DNA of 32,000 nucleotides from an uncultured Alphaproteobacteria bacterium (lineage in GTDB: Bacteria > Pseudomonadota > Alphaproteobacteria > HIMB59): assembly GCA_902613845.1 (NCBI GenBank), contig CACMIW010000005.1, positions 60,535 to 92,534 of the forward strand, in the 5' to 3' direction. The notes under the pieces were generated by a model, which ran no database searches, was not told the DNA's origin, and saw nothing but the letters and a program-made list of their open reading frames with translations. Shown piece by piece: positions 22,869 to 29,651 of the stretch. The position numbers were made by a program, and so were the translations under genes. The number at the start of each line of letters is the position of its first letter. Position 1 is the first letter of the stretch.

Positions 22869-23670
22869 GATAGATCAAAGTTATAAAAGATTAGATAAGT
22901 TTTTATTTCAATATTTTGAGTCTATACCTTTATCTTTGTTACAAAGATTAATTAGAAAATACAAAATAAAAATTAATAACAAAAAATCTAAAGCTAATTC
23001 GTCATTAATAAAAGGTGATGTTGTATATATATATTATAAATTTGAGATTAATAATGATTTATCAAATACAATTAAACTAAATAAAGATAAAAAAAAGATT
23101 TTTAAAGATCATATAATATTTCAAAACGATGATTTTATAGTTATTAACAAAATTGATGGATATTCTGTTCAAAGAGGATCTAAAGTATTTATTTCATTAA
23201 AAGATATATATGAAAATGTAATCAAACATAAATTATATATAGTTCACAGATTAGACAAAGACACCTCAGGGGTCATGCTTTTTGCAAAAAATAGAATTAC
23301 TGCTAGTAAAATCTCATCTTTATTTTTAAATAATCAAATCAAAAAATTCTATATTTCAGTAACTAATGATAAATTTAATAAAAATACTGATACTTTGATT
23401 AACTATAATTCTGATAAGAAGGAACTAAAACTAGCTTACAGAAAAATTCAATTAGATAATCATGAAAATTGTTATTTGATTAAATTATTTACAGGAAAAA
23501 AACATCAAATTAGGCTTCAATTCTATCTTAATAAAAATCCTATAATTGGTGATAAAAAGTTTTCTGGCAATAAATTTAATAAACTACTTCTGTGTTCTTA
23601 TAAAATTATTTTTAAACTAGATGGGAGATTTTATATATTTAAAATAAACCCTAATAAAATACTTTCATAA
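22858..23670 (+). CDS. RluA-family 23S rRNA pseudouridine synthase (RluC/RluD-like), TTG start
   Basis: 270 aa. N-terminal S4-like RLDKFL segment and catalytic HRLDKDTSGVMLFAKN. Overlaps crcB by 11 nt. Confidence 0.85.
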   Translation: MQIKIDQSYKRLDKFLFQYFESIPLSLLQRLIRKYKIKINNKKSKANSSLIKGDVVYIYYKFEINNDLSNTIKLNKDKKKIFKDHIIFQNDDFIVINKIDGYSVQRGSKVFISLKDIYENVIKHKLYIVHRLDKDTSGVMLFAKNRITASKISSLFLNNQIKKFYISVTNDKFNKNTDTLINYNSDKKELKLAYRKIQLDNHENCYLIKLFTGKKHQIRLQFYLNKNPIIGDKKFSGNKFNKLLLCSYKIIFKLDGRFYIFKINPNKILS

Positions 23671-24277
23671 ATTCTTCTTTAAGATCTTGATATATTTTTC
23701 CTTTATTATAATTAATTTTTAGTTCTTTTAAGCTACTTATATCTTTGGAATTAAGACCACAAGGATCGATTTTTTGAAAATTATCTAAATCAAGATCAAA
23801 ATTAATTGATAACCCATGATGAATGATGCCTTTAGAGTATCTTAGACCAATAAATATTATTTTTTTTAATTCATTATTATTTTCAACCCACAAACCTCTA
23901 TTTTTTTCTTTTTTTCTAAAAAGTTTAATATCATTTCTCTTGAATGCTTTTATACATATGTCTTCTAATGAATTTATGTAATCTATAATATTCTTTTTTC
24001 TCTTTTTTAAATTAATTAAAGGATAAATTACTAATTGGCCTGGGCCATGAAAAGTGATTTTACCACCTCTATTAACTTTAATTACTGGGATCTTATTTAT
24101 TTTATCTATTTTAAAATCTTTAGGAGTAGAGCTTCCTGCAGTAAAGACTTTTTGATGTTCTAGGAACCATATTTCCTCTTCTTTTATATTTTCAGTCATT
24201 TTTTGAATATGTTTATTCATTAATTTTGTAACTTCTTGATATTTTTTTTGCCCTTTTAGTTGTTTTATTTCAATCAT
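23651..24277 (-). CDS. lipB: Octanoyl-[ACP]:protein N-octanoyltransferase (lipoate-protein ligase B)
   Basis: 208 aa. WFLEH..VFTAG and NRGGKITFHGPGQLVIYP are typical of LipB. Confidence 0.9.
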   Translation of the reverse strand: MIEIKQLKGQKKYQEVTKLMNKHIQKMTENIKEEEIWFLEHQKVFTAGSSTPKDFKIDKINKIPVIKVNRGGKITFHGPGQLVIYPLINLKKRKKNIIDYINSLEDICIKAFKRNDIKLFRKKEKNRGLWVENNNELKKIIFIGLRYSKGIIHHGLSINFDLDLDNFQKIDPCGLNSKDISSLKELKINYNKGKIYQDLKEEFMKVFY

Positions 24278-24301
24278 TCTTTATTAATTAATCTATTAAT
24301 T

Positions 24302-24389
24302 GCGGACGTGGCGGAACTGGTAGACGCGCAGCGTTGAGGTCGCTGTGGGATCAAATCCTGTGGAAGTTCGAGTCTTCTCGTCCGCACCA
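24302..24389 (+). tRNA. tRNA-Leu (anticodon GAG), type II with long variable arm, CCA encoded
   Basis: Hand-folded cloverleaf. Acceptor GCGGACG/CGTCCGC; anticodon stem CAGCG/CGCTG with loop TTGAGGT. Variable arm GGGAT-CAA-ATCCT; T arm GGAAG-TTCGAGT-CTTCT. Ends in ACCA. It is the one GC-rich island in an AT-rich region. Confidence 0.95.
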
Positions 24390-24403
24390 TATTTATAATA
24401 TAA

Positions 24404-25702
24404 ATGCAAAAATTTAATAAAAAAGAATATATTGAGTCAATAAAATCTCTTCATTCTGCAGATCAAGCAGATAGTATTGAAAGTCTCCCATACGAAATAC
24501 AGTCGTCTATACTAAGAACTAATACTAAAAACTTTCACCCAGATTTTATTGCTTACTTACGGGAAGAAACGCGTGACGATATATTGCATATGATTCCAAA
24601 TAAACAATTAGTTAATTTAATTAAATACTTAGATTTAGATGATGCGGTTGAAATCCTTGGCGACTTTGAAACTAAAGAATTAGTTCAAATACTTTCCAAG
24701 CTTGGATCTCAGCAAAGAGAAAGAATTGAGCAAAGTTTACAGTATGATGAAAATTCTGCTGGTAGGCTTATGAATAGAGACTATCTTTCGATTAAATCTA
24801 ATTTAACGGTTGGTGAACTCATCGATCAATTAAGAAATACCCGAAGAGGACCTAAAGATTTTTATAATATATTTATTGTTGATGACCAAAACATTCCTAT
24901 AGGCTATATCCCTTCTGGAAGAGTACTAAGATCAAAAAGATCAAAAAAATTAAAAGATATTATTTATAAAGACATACATGTTATTAAATCTGATGAAAAA
25001 ATTGAAGATATCGCCTACACCTTTCGACAGTATGGCTTGGTTTCGGCACCCGTAGTTAATTTAGATAATAAAATGATAGGTATCATGACAGTTGATGACG
25101 TTGTTGAAATTGATCACGAAGAGTCAGAGGATGATATGAGAAAGTTGGGAGGTTTGTTTGTAAATGACTTTTATAAAGGTGCTTTTACATCTGCCACCTC
25201 AAGATTTATATGGTTAGGGTTAAATTTATTGACAGCTATATTAGCATCTCTTGTCATAGACATATATTCAGACCAATTACAGCAAATGATAGCGATTGCA
25301 GTCTTGATGCCTATAGTGGCTTCAATGGGTGGTAATGCAGGCACGCAAGCTATGACCATATACGTAAGAGCTATTGCCACAAAAGATATTAACAATTCAA
25401 ACTATATTAAATTGGTTGTTAAAGAATTTTTAATAGGAAGTATCAATGGATTTGCACTTTCTTTAATAATGGGATTAATAGCTTATTATTGGTTTGATAG
25501 TATTGTATTAGCATTTGCGATATCTTTTGCCATTTTAATAAATTTAGGTTTTGCTTGTTTGGTAGGCATTATTATCCCAATAACAATTAATAAAATGAAA
25601 ATAGATCCAGCTTTAGCCTCTGGAATTGTTCTTACTACTTTCACAGATGTATTTGGATTTTTATCATTTTTATCAATTGCAACTTACATATTAAATTTAT
25701 AG
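24404..25702 (+). CDS. mgtE: Magnesium transporter MgtE
   Basis: 432 aa. N-terminal MgtE_N-like region, CBS pair (GRLMNRDY..., GIMTVDDVVE), and a C-terminal transmembrane domain with PIVASMGGNAGTQ. Confidence 0.93.
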   Translation: MQKFNKKEYIESIKSLHSADQADSIESLPYEIQSSILRTNTKNFHPDFIAYLREETRDDILHMIPNKQLVNLIKYLDLDDAVEILGDFETKELVQILSKLGSQQRERIEQSLQYDENSAGRLMNRDYLSIKSNLTVGELIDQLRNTRRGPKDFYNIFIVDDQNIPIGYIPSGRVLRSKRSKKLKDIIYKDIHVIKSDEKIEDIAYTFRQYGLVSAPVVNLDNKMIGIMTVDDVVEIDHEESEDDMRKLGGLFVNDFYKGAFTSATSRFIWLGLNLLTAILASLVIDIYSDQLQQMIAIAVLMPIVASMGGNAGTQAMTIYVRAIATKDINNSNYIKLVVKEFLIGSINGFALSLIMGLIAYYWFDSIVLAFAISFAILINLGFACLVGIIIPITINKMKIDPALASGIVLTTFTDVFGFLSFLSIATYILNL

Positions 25703-25711
25703 TTTATTTCG

Positions 25712-27106
25712 ATGATCAACGCTGAAATTCTCAGAGAATACGATATTAGGGGTATTTACCAAAAATCATTAAAATTAGAAGATGTACAAAATATTGCAAA
25801 AAAAATCTCAAACATAATTATTAATAACAATACACCTAAAATCATTATAGGTCATGATGGAAGATTATCTTCCTTAGAAATTAAAAATAAACTTATTGAC
25901 ACTTTTAGAAGACATGGTGTTGATGTAGTAGATATTTCATTAATACCAACACCAGTAAGTTATTATGCTACAAAAAAACTAGACATTCCTAATTTAATTA
26001 TGATCACAGGCTCTCATAATCCAAAAGAATATAATGGATTAAAAATAATTATTAATAATAAACCTTTTTTTGGAGAAAAGATAAAATCTTTAAACGATTT
26101 AGATGATGCTTCTCTATCTCCAACATTGGGTCAATTAATATTTAAAGACGTAGTTAATCCTTACACAATGGAAATTATTTCACAATTTAAAAATTTAGAT
26201 AATCTTAAAATAGTTTGGGATCCAGGTAACGGAGCTATTGCACCAATAATTCATAAAATTATTAATTCTATAAATGGAACTAATGTTATCTTGAATAGAA
26301 GCATAGATGGTAATTTTCCAAATCATCACCCTGATCCAACAATTAAGAAAAATATTATTCAGATATCAAACTATATTAAAGAAAAACAATTTGACTTGGG
26401 TATTGCTTTTGATGGCGATGGCGATCGAATTGGAATATTGGACAATAAAGGAGAATTAATTTACTCAGATATTATTTTTTTAATATTGTCTCTTGATCTT
26501 TTAAAAGAAAAAAAAGATTTAGTTGCTATTGCTGATGTGAAATGTAGTAAAATACTTTTTGATACACTTAAAAACAATGGTGTAGACATTCATATGTCAA
26601 AAACTGGACATTCTTTAATCAAAGAGATGATATCTTCAAAAAATGCAGATATAGCTGGTGAAATGAGTGGACATATTTTTTATAATTATAAATATTATGG
26701 TTACGATGACGCCATATATGCTTCTTTGAAATTAATTAAGATTCTCAATAATACAGAAAAAACATTAAATGAATTAACAAGTATTTACATGAAATCTTCA
26801 TCAACACCTGAAATAAAATTATATTGTGATGAAAAAATAAAATTCAGTCTTTTAGATAAAATAGTAGAAGATATTCCTAAACACTATGATATTGGAGCCA
26901 ATTTAATTACAATTGATGGTGTAAGGCTTGAAACTAAAAATTTTTGGTTTCTTCTTAGAGCTTCAAATACTCAAAATTGTATAGTATTTAGACTCGAACA
27001 CTTTGTTAAAGAAAAATTTAAAGAAGAATTAATTAAATTAATATCAATACTTGAGCCATATTCATTGGATATAAAAGAATTAACTAGTTTTAATCAAACA
27101 ATCTAA
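25712..27106 (+). CDS. Phosphomannomutase/phosphoglucomutase (alpha-D-phosphohexomutase family)
   Basis: 464 aa. Active-site TGSHNPKEYNG, metal loop FDGDGDR, and GEMSGH. Confidence 0.9.
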   Translation: MINAEILREYDIRGIYQKSLKLEDVQNIAKKISNIIINNNTPKIIIGHDGRLSSLEIKNKLIDTFRRHGVDVVDISLIPTPVSYYATKKLDIPNLIMITGSHNPKEYNGLKIIINNKPFFGEKIKSLNDLDDASLSPTLGQLIFKDVVNPYTMEIISQFKNLDNLKIVWDPGNGAIAPIIHKIINSINGTNVILNRSIDGNFPNHHPDPTIKKNIIQISNYIKEKQFDLGIAFDGDGDRIGILDNKGELIYSDIIFLILSLDLLKEKKDLVAIADVKCSKILFDTLKNNGVDIHMSKTGHSLIKEMISSKNADIAGEMSGHIFYNYKYYGYDDAIYASLKLIKILNNTEKTLNELTSIYMKSSSTPEIKLYCDEKIKFSLLDKIVEDIPKHYDIGANLITIDGVRLETKNFWFLLRASNTQNCIVFRLEHFVKEKFKEELIKLISILEPYSLDIKELTSFNQTI

Positions 27107-28141
27107 TTTATTTAATTTAATTTCGTTACATAAGTTTTTTGCTGTTTGTTGATCATCAACATTAATATAACTTATAAAATATCTACCATTTTTTTTTATT
27201 TGATGCTCAAAACTTCTAAGTATTTTTATTTTATTTTTTAGTAAAGTAATATGCATCTTTGATTTACTAATTTTTTTGAAAGAGGATGTCTGAACAGAAT
27301 AAATTTTGGTACTTTTTTTATTTTTAACAATTATTTTTTTTGTATCTTCACTTTTATATGTATCATTACTACTATATTTATTCATAAGAAAATTAATTTT
27401 ATTATTCCTCTCTCTTGCAGAATTTCCTCCAAAATATATACCTAACAAATATTTATCGTCATTTATTGATAATAGTGATATCTGAAACCCAGATTTTCTT
27501 GTATAGCCAGTTTTTAAACCAATATAATGATCATATTTTTTTAATAATGTATTATGAGTTGTATAATTTTTACCTTTAATTTTAACTTTTGTTTTTTTAA
27601 ATCGATGTAAGTGCTCAGGAAAATCTGTAATTATTCTTGAGCTCAGTTTAAATATGTCATATGCAGTCGATAAATTTGCCTTATTGGGTAGACCATGAGG
27701 ATTTGCAAAATTCGTGTTTTGTAAATTTAATTGCTTCGCATAATTATTCATTTTAATGACAAATTTTTTTTCAGTACCAGATATTTTTTCAGCTATTGCT
27801 ACAGCTGCATCATTCGCGGATTTGATTATTAATGAGTCAATCAATTCATCTACAGTGATGAAATCTTTTTCTGCAATACCTAATTTAGAGGGTTGTTGAT
27901 AAGTTGCATGTTTAGAAAAGTAAATACGATCATTTATGTTGATTTTTTTATATCTTAGTTCTTCAAATAAAATGTAAAGTGTCATAATTTTAGTAAGTGA
28001 CGCGGGATAATTTTTTGTATCCTTATTAACCTCAAAAAATATTTCTTGTGATATTGGATTACCTATTACACTTGCAATTTTTGCAAATAAGGGATGTGAT
28101 AAATTGACTACTAAAATAAGTGTAATAAGTATTATTCTCAT
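27080..28141 (-). CDS. Serine-type D-Ala-D-Ala carboxypeptidase (PBP5/6-like, peptidase S11) with a C-terminal SPOR-like domain
   Basis: 353 aa. Signal peptide MRIILITLILVVNLSHPLFA. Motifs SLTK (SxxK), SAN (SxN) and KTG. The C-terminal ~78 aa (YSVQTSSFKK...GRYFISYINVDDQQTAKNLCNEIK) resembles SPOR. Confidence 0.85.
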   Translation of the reverse strand: MRIILITLILVVNLSHPLFAKIASVIGNPISQEIFFEVNKDTKNYPASLTKIMTLYILFEELRYKKININDRIYFSKHATYQQPSKLGIAEKDFITVDELIDSLIIKSANDAAVAIAEKISGTEKKFVIKMNNYAKQLNLQNTNFANPHGLPNKANLSTAYDIFKLSSRIITDFPEHLHRFKKTKVKIKGKNYTTHNTLLKKYDHYIGLKTGYTRKSGFQISLLSINDDKYLLGIYFGGNSARERNNKINFLMNKYSSNDTYKSEDTKKIIVKNKKSTKIYSVQTSSFKKISKSKMHITLLKNKIKILRSFEHQIKKNGRYFISYINVDDQQTAKNLCNEIKLNKLDCLIKTS

Positions 28142-28163
28142 AATCCTATTAATTTGTTATAAT
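28135..28163 (+). promoter_or_regulatory. Candidate promoter giving a near-leaderless transcript of the NDUFA12-like gene
   Basis: TTCTCA (28135-28140, inside the dac start region), 17 nt spacer, consensus TATAAT (28158-28163). The ATG at 28169 is only 5 nt after the -10 box, with no Shine-Dalgarno. Confidence 0.3.
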
Positions 28164-28168
28164 TAAAC

Positions 28169-28477
28169 ATGTCTTTAGGCTTTAAACTTTATTCTTTTTT
28201 TAATGGTAATCTTGTTCATCAAGATTCGCTAGGTAATAAATACTACCATGACAAAAATAATCCCAATAAAAGATGGGTAGTTTATGCACAAGGTTTTGGA
28301 CCAGACTCATTACCAACACAATTTCATAATTGGTTGCATAATACATCTGATGAAATTTCTAGTTTTGAACTTGAAGGAAACAGTCAAGAAAGTTTTGTGA
28401 AAAAAAGAATTCAAAAACACACAGTTAAACATAAAGAAAATATGAATAAGGGTTATAACCGTTGGCAACCAAAATAA
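28169..28477 (+). CDS. NDUFA12-family protein (homologue of a complex I accessory subunit)
   Basis: 102 aa. GNKYYHD....KRWVVY......S.P..FHNWLHNTSDE matches the NDUFA12 family pattern (GN.YYE...RRWV.Y...P.eWh.WLH.t.d). Confidence 0.8.
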   Translation: MSLGFKLYSFFNGNLVHQDSLGNKYYHDKNNPNKRWVVYAQGFGPDSLPTQFHNWLHNTSDEISSFELEGNSQESFVKKRIQKHTVKHKENMNKGYNRWQPK

Positions 28478-28926
28478 TTAATGAAATCGATTATTATAGT
28501 CCAAGATATCATTTTAAAATTGGTATTATTTTTATAATTGTTTTAATTATTGTTTATTTTCTATTTAAAAATATTAATTATAAAAACCATATACCTTTTA
28601 CTGCCACCTTCAATTATATTGAAGGCATAAATAATAATACTGAAGTTCAAATAGCAGGTATTAAAATTGGTGCCATTAGTAAAATAATATTATCCACTGA
28701 TAGTGTAATTGTTAATGGTTATATTGATAGAGACTATAACATACCTAAAGACTCAATTTTAAAAATCAAAAGCGAAGGTATTTTTGGAAAAAAAATAATA
28801 TCTATTGAACCAGGTTTTGGTGATATTTTTAATAAATCATTAAATGAACAATATGTGTTTAATCAAACACAAGACTCGTATTCAGTTGATATGTTCCTCA
28901 GATATTTAAATGATTTAAATGAATAA
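28462..28926 (+). CDS. MlaD/MCE-domain protein, copy 1 (N-terminal membrane anchor, TTG start)
   Basis: 154 aa. One transmembrane helix (IGIIFIIVLIIVYFLF), then an MCE-like core: GINNNTEVQIAGIKIGAISKI...IPKDSILKIKSEGIFGKKIISIEPG. No in-frame ATG near the 5' end. Confidence 0.75.
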   Translation: MATKIINEIDYYSPRYHFKIGIIFIIVLIIVYFLFKNINYKNHIPFTATFNYIEGINNNTEVQIAGIKIGAISKIILSTDSVIVNGYIDRDYNIPKDSILKIKSEGIFGKKIISIEPGFGDIFNKSLNEQYVFNQTQDSYSVDMFLRYLNDLNE

Positions 28927-29356
28927 GATAAATATAGAATTTGCACTTGGATTATTAATATTAATTATATCAATAATTAGTATTTTTTATTATTCTTCTA
29001 AAATAAATTATCTTAATAAGATTGAAACTTTTCAAATTAATTCTAGTTTCTTTGATATAGGCAACACTAATATAGGCAATGATGTAAAAATTAATGGTGT
29101 AAAAGTAGGCGAGGTTTTAAACATTATATTAGACCAAGAAACTTATATGGCTGTAATTACATCATCTGTTAACAAAAGTATTAAAATTCCTAATGACTCA
29201 GTATTTAAAATATCAAATAATGGATTTATAGGGTCATCGTATATAGAAATTCAATTGGGAAATAGTGAGGAACATTTAAAAAATAATGACTACTCAGTTA
29301 ATAATATTGATGCAGTATCTTTGGAAGAAATTATTAATAATTTTATTTTTGATTAG
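28919..29356 (+). CDS. MlaD/MCE-domain protein, copy 2 (N-terminal membrane anchor)
   Basis: 145 aa. Same architecture as copy 1: TM helix LGLLILIISIISIFYY, then DVKINGVKVGEVLNI...IPNDSVFKISNNGFIGSSYIEIQLG. Overlaps copy 1 by 8 nt. Confidence 0.7.
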   Translation: MNKINIEFALGLLILIISIISIFYYSSKINYLNKIETFQINSSFFDIGNTNIGNDVKINGVKVGEVLNIILDQETYMAVITSSVNKSIKIPNDSVFKISNNGFIGSSYIEIQLGNSEEHLKNNDYSVNNIDAVSLEEIINNFIFD

Positions 29357-29651
29357 TATTTTTTTTAATCAAACACTTTCAGCTGAAATTAATATTACAA
29401 AGTTACTAATATTAGATAAATCTTCATCATCAAAATATGAGCTTGAATTTTCAGAGACTTACAAATTCAGAAATTTATTTTTTGAAATAGTATCATGCAA
29501 AAATATTGAATTTGATAAATATATTGATACTGCTGCTTTAATAAGGATTTCTCAAAATGATAATATATTTATTGGTTGGTTTTTTAAATATACAGATGAA
29601 TTAAATATGTATTCCAATAAAATATATGAAATTTCATTAACTGATTGTTAA
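29310..29651 (+). CDS. DUF2155-like secreted protein
   Basis: Starting at the ATG at 29310 gives a signal peptide, MQYLWKKLLIILFLISIFFNQTLSA/E. Mature part: ILDKSSSSKYELEF...F.NLFFEIVSC...AALIRI......FIGWFF......YEISLTDC, as I recall the DUF2155 pattern. The ORF track start at 29286 is also possible. Confidence 0.6.
   Translation: MQYLWKKLLIILFLISIFFNQTLSAEINITKLLILDKSSSSKYELEFSETYKFRNLFFEIVSCKNIEFDKYIDTAALIRISQNDNIFIGWFFKYTDELNMYSNKIYEISLTDC

Noticed and set aside
29286-29309. Upstream ATG for the DUF2155-like gene
   Set aside because: It adds 8 residues (MTTQLIIL) before a good signal peptide and lengthens the overlap with MlaD-2 to 71 nt. The ATG at 29310 gives a cleaner n-region, h-region and LSA/E cleavage site. 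Not decisive.
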